Assembly: GCF_001462395.1 (NCBI RefSeq)
Contig: NZ_LNTB01000001.1
Coordinates: 570,001 to 602,000, forward strand
Direction: 5' to 3'
DNA length: 32,000 nucleotides
Origin: Pyrodictium occultum
GTDB lineage: Archaea; Thermoproteota; Thermoprotei_A; Sulfolobales; Pyrodictiaceae
Below are positions 25,181 through 32,000 of the stretch, piece by piece. The position numbers were made by a program, and so were the translations under genes. The number at the start of each line of letters is the position of its first letter. Within the stretch, counting starts at the first letter, position 1. The notes beneath the pieces were generated by a model. That model saw only the letters and a list, made by a program, of their open reading frames with translations. It made no database searches and had not been told where the DNA came from.

Positions 25181-27109
25181 ATGAGGATTGTTATTACGAT
25201 AGCCGGGAGGCTCGGAACCGTGCCCACCCGTGAGATGATAATAGACCCTATAACCCGTATAGAGGGCCACCTGGCGCTCCGTGTTATAGTAGACACGGAG
25301 GCCAGAAGACCCATAAAGGATAGCGTCCGCAGCTTCGTGACGATGTTCCGCGGCTTCGAGGTCTTCGACCTAGGGAGGCCCCCGGAGGATCTTCCCCACA
25401 TAAACAGCCGTATCTGCGGTGTCTGTGGAGCGAGCCACGCCAACGCGAGCACCCTTGCAGTGGACATGGCTTACGGCGTCACGCCGTATAGGATGGGTGT
25501 AGCTCTCCGCAGCATGGCGTTCGCTATGACCGACCACATCTACGACCACACGATTATATTGAACATGCTCGAGGGCCCCGACTTCAGCAGCCCCGTGGTA
25601 GCCCTCATGACCCCGAAGGTCTACGACCAGGCTAAGAAGACCCTGGCCGAGCACCGCGATATACACGGCTTCACCACCATAGCAGAGATAATGGACGCCC
25701 TTACCCCGATAACTGGGAAGATGTGGCAGCTGGCCGCCAAGTTCCAGCGCTACGCCCGCGAGGCTGGTGTACTGATATACGGGAGGCACAGCCACCCCTC
25801 AACCCTCATACCGGGAGGCATAAGCACCGACCTCACCAACGCCGAGTACCTGCTGACCGGCTACATGTTCCGCCTAACCAAGCTAACCGCCTGGGGCAAG
25901 TTCATGTACAGCGTCTGGCACGATCTACTCAAGTTCTACGAGGACCTAGGCTACGCCGAGAACGGTATAAGCTACCATCCCGATCCCGCCAAGTCGACTG
26001 TAGGCGCTGTAGCGAGCAGCGGCATCTTCTATGACCCCGAGGTCTACGAGAGCATAGGTGATTACGTAGAGTGGGAGGAGTTCTACAGGAACATCGACAA
26101 GGCCGCAGCCACCAGGCTGCTAAGACCTGGCATAGTGCTCCGAGGCCAGCTCGTAACCAACAAGTACACGGAGTATAACGCCAGCATTATGGAGCATGTT
26201 GAGAGAGCATTCTACAAGGACTGGGCCAACAAAGTAAGGGACCTGCCATGGTACGATGAGCTGGCCAAGAACGACTTCAAGGATCCTCTAGGCAACAGGC
26301 TGCTCTGGGGCAAGTACAACCCAGCCTACCACCCTTGGCTCAAGATAACCATACCGAACCCGACCGCCAGGGACTGGGCCGGCAAGTACAGCTGGGTCAC
26401 CCACGTTCGCCTGGTCTGGAAGGACGGCACCATAACACCCTTCGAGGTAGGCCCCTACGCTAGGCTCCTGGTCGCGAGCAAGCAGCCCGCCAGCGACTAC
26501 CTCGGCCTATACAAGAGCGGCGGTAACGGCCTCCTCAAGGTGACGCTGCCGCGGGCGTGCACCGACGAGCTACCCTCCAGCGTGTGCGAGGAGATGACGT
26601 TCGAGTGGAAGGTGCCGGAGTTCAGCTCCACGATATACAGGCTGTGGGCGCGCGCCTTCAACCTACTGATAGACATAGTGAGTGCCTGGAACAACCTCAC
26701 CAAGGCCCTCGAGTACGTGAAGACAGGCCATGCCAGTAGGACCAGCAGGCCGTGGAGCTACCCGAACAGGATAACCTTCGGCGTCGGCCTCACAGAGGCG
26801 CCCCGCGGCACTGTGAGGCACTGGGTCGTACAGAAGGCCGGCAGGACTCTCAACATACAGATACACGCTCCCACAACCGGTAATGTGAGCCCGCAGGACA
26901 AGTGGGGCTACAGCCCCTTCGAGCAGAGCGCTATCAACACCTACGTTACAGAGGAGGTTAAGCCAGAGGATTGGACCGGCCTAGACTTCGTGAGGGCGAT
27001 AAGGAGCTTCGACCCCTGCCTGGCGTGCGCCGCCCACATACAGCTCGTAAGAGACGGGAAGACTATAAAGACCGTCAAGAAGATAATAACCTCAGCCCAC
27101 TACAGCTAA
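25181..27109 (+). CDS. [NiFe]-hydrogenase large (catalytic) subunit
   Basis: 642-aa ORF with N-terminal PITRIEGHL, proximal Ni-ligand motif NSRICGVCGASH (Cys codons from nt 25415) and distal motif FDPCLACAAH (nt 27011-27037). A 23-aa tail follows, as expected for endopeptidase processing. The start is ATG 25181 or ATG 25235. Confidence 0.9.
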   Translation: MRIVITIAGRLGTVPTREMIIDPITRIEGHLALRVIVDTEARRPIKDSVRSFVTMFRGFEVFDLGRPPEDLPHINSRICGVCGASHANASTLAVDMAYGVTPYRMGVALRSMAFAMTDHIYDHTIILNMLEGPDFSSPVVALMTPKVYDQAKKTLAEHRDIHGFTTIAEIMDALTPITGKMWQLAAKFQRYAREAGVLIYGRHSHPSTLIPGGISTDLTNAEYLLTGYMFRLTKLTAWGKFMYSVWHDLLKFYEDLGYAENGISYHPDPAKSTVGAVASSGIFYDPEVYESIGDYVEWEEFYRNIDKAAATRLLRPGIVLRGQLVTNKYTEYNASIMEHVERAFYKDWANKVRDLPWYDELAKNDFKDPLGNRLLWGKYNPAYHPWLKITIPNPTARDWAGKYSWVTHVRLVWKDGTITPFEVGPYARLLVASKQPASDYLGLYKSGGNGLLKVTLPRACTDELPSSVCEEMTFEWKVPEFSSTIYRLWARAFNLLIDIVSAWNNLTKALEYVKTGHASRTSRPWSYPNRITFGVGLTEAPRGTVRHWVVQKAGRTLNIQIHAPTTGNVSPQDKWGYSPFEQSAINTYVTEEVKPEDWTGLDFVRAIRSFDPCLACAAHIQLVRDGKTIKTVKKIITSAHYS

Positions 27110-27160
27110 GGCCTCCTACGGTTTCTCTCACCGCTCCAGTATCATCGATCATCCATGTTC

Positions 27161-27172
27161 ATATTTTTATCC
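27161..27172 (+). terminator. Oligo-T tract (ATATTTTTATCC) downstream of the hydrogenase gene
   Basis: This is the only T5 run I noticed on the + strand while reading the window, 52 nt after the hydrogenase stop. It could instead be a TATA box for the next gene. Confidence 0.3.
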
Positions 27173-27286
27173 GCCCCTCTCCTCTGGCGGCGTAACACTG
27201 TATTGCGCCTGGGCCTCCGGACCCCCTGCGGGCATCCGGGGGTTGCCTGCCGGCCCTGGCTCTCGTGGATAGGGTGTGGCTCCGGG

Positions 27287-27877
27287 ATGGGCGCTGCAGG
27301 GAGTGTTTCAGATGATAGGCAGCTGGCTGATTATGCTGTAGAAGTTTTCCGGGAAGCTGTTAGGAGGGGCTTCCCCGCTCACGCGAAGAGGCTTACAGCC
27401 GACTCTATCCTAGTCCGCACCCGCCACGGCAAGGCTGCGCTCTTCGCAAGTACTATAGATGCTGGCGACGGCTCCTACTACCTTGCGCTTGCGGCGGAGA
27501 AGTACAGCATCTGGGGGGTGCGCGTCGCGAGGATAGCAGGCGGCAGGATTGTGGAGGTTAACGTGCACCTCGTCCCCAGCGCTGTAGGCCAGCACGCGGT
27601 GCTAATGTCTACCTTCGAGGTGGATGTCTGGCATAAGAGGCTCGCGCTGATGGGCAAGGCTGTGCCCGTGGACGATGCTCCCCCGGCGCTGCGGCCCCTC
27701 GTCGAGCTTGGCGGCGAGGTGAGGTTTCTCAGGGATACCATGGACTACTTCGCCGTGGTTGAGGGCGTGGTGCCGGCCTGGTACAACGAGGTCACGGGAA
27801 GGCTTGATGACGCGAGGGAGTGGCAGAAGGCTATGGGCGTTCTCCCCGAAGGTCTTCTCGGGGTTGAGCTAGGCTAG
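27287..27877 (+). CDS. Hypothetical protein downstream of hydrogenase large subunit
   Basis: The maximal ORF starts at 27155, but its first 44 codons are Cys/Trp/Arg/Leu-rich and span the oligo-T tract. ATG 27287 gives a 196-aa protein of normal composition. No recognisable motif. Confidence 0.5.
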   Translation: MGAAGSVSDDRQLADYAVEVFREAVRRGFPAHAKRLTADSILVRTRHGKAALFASTIDAGDGSYYLALAAEKYSIWGVRVARIAGGRIVEVNVHLVPSAVGQHAVLMSTFEVDVWHKRLALMGKAVPVDDAPPALRPLVELGGEVRFLRDTMDYFAVVEGVVPAWYNEVTGRLDDAREWQKAMGVLPEGLLGVELG

Positions 27878-28289
27878 CGCCACCCCCCTCCGGGGAGGGG
27901 AGGAGCGCTGCTTGTATGCTCAGCACCCCCCGGAGCCTAGCCAGGTGCTTGTAGAGGCTTTTCACGCGCCCGCCCTCGCCTCGGACAGCTATTATATAGA
28001 GGATATAGCCCGGCGAGGCTATAATAAGGGTGGCCGAGTGGACCACGTCGCTGTACTCGCTGAGGAGCCGCTGGAGGCTGGATGCGAGGGCCTCATTGGA
28101 CTTCGGCGCTAGTAGCTGGAGGGTCCCGCTCACCCTGCCCCGGTGACTCCACCACCTGTTGAACGCTATGAAGAGCTCGACGGCGTCCCTTATAGCCCTG
28201 GACACGCTCGTGTACCCCATGTTTCGCGATACCTCGAGCAGCTGCTGGTATACGTGGTCGGGCAGCGCCACCCCGGTCTTGACCACCAC
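27831..28289 (-). CDS. NikR-fold regulator: CopG/ribbon-helix-helix N-domain plus ACT-like C-domain, without nickel ligands
   Basis: The RHH block is KTGVALPDHVYQQLLEVSRNMGYTSVSRAIRDAVELFI. It is followed by a ~80-aa domain (GTLQLL...LLSEYSDVVHSATLIIASPGYILYIIAVRGEGGRVKSLYKHL) that is collinear with the NikR C-domain. The likely start is GTG 28289/28286; the 62-codon upstream extension of the maximal ORF (to 28475) is Gly/Pro-rich. Confidence 0.65.
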   Translation of the reverse strand: MVVKTGVALPDHVYQQLLEVSRNMGYTSVSRAIRDAVELFIAFNRWWSHRGRVSGTLQLLAPKSNEALASSLQRLLSEYSDVVHSATLIIASPGYILYIIAVRGEGGRVKSLYKHLARLRGVLSIQAALLPSPEGGGASLAQPREDLRGERP

Positions 28290-28393
28290 TCCTCCGGGCA
28301 CCCCCGCGGGCGGGTTCCCAGGCAAGCCTAAATACCGGGTATGGCGCTGCCGCCCGGCTATGGGGCTGTGAAGACGGATTATCGGGCCGACGG

Positions 28394-29191
28394 ATGGGGA
28401 GAGTACCCTCTGGCAGAGCCCTCCCCCGCCTCCTCGGGGCCCTGGAGCCTTCTGGGGATGCGGCATTGCCTGCAAGACCCATACTGGAGCTGGTGAACGT
28501 CACTAAGGCCTACCGGGTCGGGGAGACGGTGACCTGGGGCCTCCGGGGGCTTAGCCTCCGCATCTACCCTGGCGAGTTCATCTCGGTCATGGGCCCCAGC
28601 GGCTCGGGCAAGACGACGCTGCTCAACATAGCGGGGCTCCTAGACCGGCCGACAAGCGGCAAGGTCTACATAGACGGGCTCGACGTCTCGAGGCTGCGGG
28701 ACCGGGAGCTCGCAAGGCTGAGGAACAAGTACATAGGCTTCGTGTTCCAGCAGTTCAATCTGATAAACAGGCTCACAGTGCTAGAGAACATAGAGCTGCC
28801 CCTTATCCCCCGCGGCGTGCCGAGGCACGAGCGCCGGAAGAAGGCGGAGGAGGCGCTGGTCAGCGTTGGGGGAGACCCCTCCTGGCTCCCCAAGAAGCCC
28901 CTTCAGCTCAGCGGCGGCCAGCAGCAGCGCGTCGCCATAGCCCGGGCGATAGTCGGCGAGCCCCTGATACTGCTTGCAGACGAGCCCACCGGAGCCCTGG
29001 ATAGGAGGACTGCAAAGCGCGTTGTGAATACCTTCATCTCCCTTAATAAACGTGGCCAGACGATAGTTGTCGTCACCCATGATCCCGAGGTCGCCAACTG
29101 CACGCACAAGATATACATGATACGCGACGGCAACATAGTGGAGGTTGTGGAGCCAGACATCTCCAGGTGTATAATCAACACAGTACGCTAG
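28394..29191 (+). CDS. ABC transporter ATP-binding protein, MacB/LolD (COG1136) type
   Basis: [17 protein letters not shown]...[28 protein letters not shown]-loop FVFQQFNL, signature [14 protein letters not shown], Walker [12 protein letters not shown] and H-loop VVVTHD. The first ~30 codons are uncertain. Confidence 0.9.
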   Translation: MGRVPSGRALPRLLGALEPSGDAALPARPILELVNVTKAYRVGETVTWGLRGLSLRIYPGEFISVMGPSGSGKTTLLNIAGLLDRPTSGKVYIDGLDVSRLRDRELARLRNKYIGFVFQQFNLINRLTVLENIELPLIPRGVPRHERRKKAEEALVSVGGDPSWLPKKPLQLSGGQQQRVAIARAIVGEPLILLADEPTGALDRRTAKRVVNTFISLNKRGQTIVVVTHDPEVANCTHKIYMIRDGNIVEVVEPDISRCIINTVR

Positions 29192-29220
29192 CGCGCCGCA
29201 CGGGAGCCCGAAACCCCTTG

Positions 29221-29228
29221 ATTTATAC
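29221..29228 (+). promoter_or_regulatory. TATA box (ATTTATAC) with downstream GGAGG ribosome-binding motif for the giant repeat-protein gene
   Basis: The TATA-like octamer lies 38-45 nt upstream of ATG 29266. GGAGG at 29254-29258 lies 7 nt before the ATG. Confidence 0.55.
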
Positions 29229-29265
29229 CCGGGTGCCGGGTGGGGAAAGCCTAGGAGGCGGCTAC

Positions 29266-32000
29266 ATGCATCGCATCCGTGCGGCGCTGGTAGTCTTAGC
29301 TGCTGCCGTGGCGCTGCTGCTCCTAGCTCCAGCCCTCCCTAAGGCCTCTGCCGCCCAGGCCCCCATAGGCTTCGAGCTAATAGCAGAGAGCTTCACCCGT
29401 CCCGGGGGAGGCCCGCCGATAGCCGGAGAGGACGCGCTCCTCCATATAGAATGGCTTCACGAGGGCTACCTGGCTGCCGACAGCGTCTACGCCGTTATAA
29501 GTCTCCCAGAGGGCTTCTCGCCCCAAAGGCTTGTGGTGCACCTCGGCCCCTCCCATCCCGGCGACATACTAGTAGTTGAGAAAACTGTTAGGATTGTGAA
29601 TGCAGCGCCCGGGGTCTACACGGCAAACGTTACCCTCCACGCTGTAGCCGGCAGCGCCTCATACGAGTTCAACTACACGCTACGGCTCCAGGTGTCCCTA
29701 TGCCCTCCAGGGCTAACCGTCTCCGCCAGGCTCACCCCGTTCAGCTACCCAGGCTCCAATAATGTGCGGCTAAGAGTGACCCTTGATAACAAGGGCCCCG
29801 GGGAGGTGAGTAATGCCACCCTATCCATCCAGCTCCCCAGGGGCTGGTGGCCCCGCGGCAACGAATCCTGGAGCATCGATAGGCTAGGCGTCAACGAGTC
29901 CTCGAGCCACGAGGTTACAGGGGTCTACGTTCCGGCCTGGGTGAGCCCCGGCGTCTACTACGCAAAGCTCTACATGGACTACTACTGCACAATCGACAAC
30001 ACAACTAGGCATGTAGAGTACAGGCTCCCCCTCCCCATCCGCGTGGATGAGCCGGAGCAGATGCGTGTCGAGCCCCTCCTGCTAGGCTGGGCCTGGGGTG
30101 CCGCCTACCCCGGCGAGGCCTCCACGCCCATAGGGATAGTCCTTGTGAACAGGGAGCCCTACACGGTCACGGGGCTCGTCGCGGTCCTCCAGCTCCCTCA
30201 GGGTATGAGCATAGCCGGCGGCAGCGAGAGAGTATACCGGACCGCCCTCAGCAACCTGGCAGCCGGCTACGGCGACACGATAACGCTTACCCCGAGGGTC
30301 GACGTGGACGGGAGCCTGGCGCCCGGAGTCTACAACGCGAGCCTGCAGCTCATCTTCACCGTGTCCTGGCAGGGCGCCACCACCACGCTGCCCGCCGTCT
30401 TCAACTTCAGCCTCCCGGTGGCTAGCCCTGCGTCGCTGAAGGCCAAGATCCTCTATGCTGGCTGGAGTGACGGCTACGCCTACCCCGGAGAGGTCTCGGC
30501 ACCCCTACGCGTAGCTGTGGAGAACCTGGAGGACGCCACGGTGACCGACGCGGTACTGACAATCCAGCTGCCCCAGGGTATAACCTGGAGAGGCCAGCAA
30601 ACAGCCAGAATCACCGCGGGCAACCTAGCGGCCGGCTATGGGGGCGTGGTAGAGCTCTCGACGGCTCTAGACATTTCGCCCCGCCTCCCGCCGGGCCGCT
30701 ATACGGCAAACGCCACCCTGGTCCTGGTGCTCAGGAGGAGCGATAACAGTGTGGCCGTTAAGTCTATGAAAATACCCTTAGTGCTCATCATCAGCCCTAA
30801 GCGCGCAGAGAGGGTGGAGATTGTCTCGGCCCGCTGGGCCACCTGGGTCACCGGCGACAAGGCGTACTCGGCGACCCTTGATCTAAGCATAGGCTACTGG
30901 GGCCACGGCACTCTCCGCTACCTAGTCGTTGAGGCTAGGCCCCTGAGGGGCGCCGCGCTGAGGGCGGGGAAGCCCAGCGCCACTGTGGTCCAGAGGCTCG
31001 ACCTCGCCCCAGGCGATATAGCCTCAATATCCATACCCGGGGTGAGCATAGCCGGTAACGCTACTAGGGTGGTGATGGCTCTCAACGTGACTGCGGTCAT
31101 CTCCTCGCCCGGCGGCGGCGTCTACAATATATCAGCCCGGAGGATCATAGAGCTTAGCCCGCTTCGCGAGCAGCCCCTCCGCCTAGGCTACGTTGATGTG
31201 GCGACCGCCCACCTGGTCCCCTCCTCGAGCAACGTAGAGGTGGACGTGGGGATAGCTAACACTGCACCGGAGCAGGTAACTATACTCTCCGCCAGCCCTG
31301 GCAGCGTCCCCGGCGTAGAGGCCCGGCTCGTCGGGGGCGACTGCCTGACAGCAGGCGTGGCCCCCGGCTCCGTCTGCACCCTCCGGCTCGAGGTGAACGT
31401 CTCCAGCAGCGCTAGGCCCGGGGCATACAGTGTGCCGCTCACCATATGGTACAGCTACCACGGCGAAGCCGGCACCGTGGTCACCGGCCGCCAGGAGGTA
31501 ACGGTGCCCCTCGTAGTGGAGCCGGTGGGCGACTATGCCCCAAGGCTGCTGGTGGCCAGGGCCTACCCTGCCACAGCTCCCGGCACAGCCCCGGTACACG
31601 TCTACCCCGGCGACGAGGCTGTGCCGCTACAGATCGAGGTATACAACCCAGGCCGCTACCAGGCCACCGGCGTGCTGGTCCGGCTAAAGCCCCTCGACCA
31701 GAGGGTAGAGGTGGCTAGCCAGCCCCAGGCCTGCAACGCCCTCGCTCCAGGCTCCTCGTGCACGGTCACAGCCTACCTCCGCGTAGCCCCCGGCGCACAG
31801 CCCGGCCCCCACCGCCTGGAGGTAACGATAAGCTACATATTCACCGGGTTCAACGCCCACGTGGTGGTAGAGTCCAGGAGGAACATAACCCTGGTAGTTG
31901 ACGACCCGAACAAGGCCGTGTACCTGCTTGACGCGGGCTGGCTCTACACGCCGAGGCCGGGCACCAGGACAGCAGTACTCCTCCTCCGCGTCTACACAGA
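29266..32000 (+). CDS. Large secreted tandem-repeat protein (COG1361/CARDB-like S-layer-type modules), 3' end outside window
   Basis: This gene is absent from the ORF track because it has no stop in the window. I translated frame 1 by hand from ATG 29266 to 31998 (911 codons) and saw no stop. It has a signal peptide MHRIRAALVVLAAAVALLLLAPALPKASA. At least 7-8 modules of ~120-125 aa follow, each ending in a PG-x-Y hallmark (APGVYTANVTL, SPGVYYAKL, APGVYNASL, PPGRYTANATL, RPGAYSVPL, ...). Confidence 0.8.
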   Translation, partial: MHRIRAALVVLAAAVALLLLAPALPKASAAQAPIGFELIAESFTRPGGGPPIAGEDALLHIEWLHEGYLAADSVYAVISLPEGFSPQRLVVHLGPSHPGDILVVEKTVRIVNAAPGVYTANVTLHAVAGSASYEFNYTLRLQVSLCPPGLTVSARLTPFSYPGSNNVRLRVTLDNKGPGEVSNATLSIQLPRGWWPRGNESWSIDRLGVNESSSHEVTGVYVPAWVSPGVYYAKLYMDYYCTIDNTTRHVEYRLPLPIRVDEPEQMRVEPLLLGWAWGAAYPGEASTPIGIVLVNREPYTVTGLVAVLQLPQGMSIAGGSERVYRTALSNLAAGYGDTITLTPRVDVDGSLAPGVYNASLQLIFTVSWQGATTTLPAVFNFSLPVASPASLKAKILYAGWSDGYAYPGEVSAPLRVAVENLEDATVTDAVLTIQLPQGITWRGQQTARITAGNLAAGYGGVVELSTALDISPRLPPGRYTANATLVLVLRRSDNSVAVKSMKIPLVLIISPKRAERVEIVSARWATWVTGDKAYSATLDLSIGYWGHGTLRYLVVEARPLRGAALRAGKPSATVVQRLDLAPGDIASISIPGVSIAGNATRVVMALNVTAVISSPGGGVYNISARRIIELSPLREQPLRLGYVDVATAHLVPSSSNVEVDVGIANTAPEQVTILSASPGSVPGVEARLVGGDCLTAGVAPGSVCTLRLEVNVSSSARPGAYSVPLTIWYSYHGEAGTVVTGRQEVTVPLVVEPVGDYAPRLLVARAYPATAPGTAPVHVYPGDEAVPLQIEVYNPGRYQATGVLVRLKPLDQRVEVASQPQACNALAPGSSCTVTAYLRVAPGAQPGPHRLEVTISYIFTGFNAHVVVESRRNITLVVDDPNKAVYLLDAGWLYTPRPGTRTAVLLLRVYT

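Noticed and set aside
28290-28475. 62-codon N-terminal extension of the NikR-like ORF, together with the 136-aa ORF at 28093-28503.
   Set aside because: The sequence is Gly/Pro/Arg-rich and runs into the divergent ABC ATPase gene. The RHH beta-strand begins right after the GTG at 28289, as in other CopG/NikR proteins.
1-32000. I looked for CRISPR arrays, rRNA genes, and IS elements, transposases, integrases or prophage remnants.
   Set aside because: I saw no regularly spaced 24-37-bp direct repeats, no rRNA-like conserved strings, and no ORF with DDE, tyrosine or serine recombinase motifs. The only tRNA has no adjacent integrase or direct-repeat att-like duplication that I could see.

Overview
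This is a high-GC archaeal chromosomal segment (about 60-65% GC by eye). It looks like a hyperthermophilic crenarchaeote: ribosomal protein L13e, an intron-containing tRNA with a bulge-helix-bulge splice motif, TATA-type promoters, a family-4 Fe-S uracil-DNA glycosylase and a TtuA/TtuB-type tRNA thiolation pair. I can support about 33 protein genes, one tRNA and one decayed gene. Most are housekeeping: a nadA-nadC-nadX NAD operon, purine and uridine salvage enzymes, several tRNA-modification enzymes (Trm10-like, Trm5/Taw22-like, TtuA), a Bmp-type ABC importer, L13e, an Lrp regulator and a MetRS-beta/Trbp111-like protein. I saw no CRISPR array, rRNA, transposase or integrase. The parts worth a second look are: (1) a lone [NiFe]-hydrogenase large subunit in a visibly lower-GC patch, with no small subunit or maturation genes, followed by an unknown ORF and a NikR-fold regulator that has no Cys or His-x-His nickel ligands; (2) a MacB-type ABC ATPase followed by a giant secreted tandem-repeat protein rich in N-glycosylation sequons, which runs off the window; (3) a Lon (S16) protease domain with no ATPase, placed between a signal peptide and a C-terminal TM anchor; (4) two unrelated orphan proteins whose C-termini carry PD-(D/E)XK-like nuclease motifs; (5) an MFS transporter gene broken by several frameshifts at simple repeats; (6) two ORF-free GC-rich spacers (447 bp and 266 bp) that the gene model does not explain. 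All calls come from reading the translations and the DNA by eye. No database search was run.
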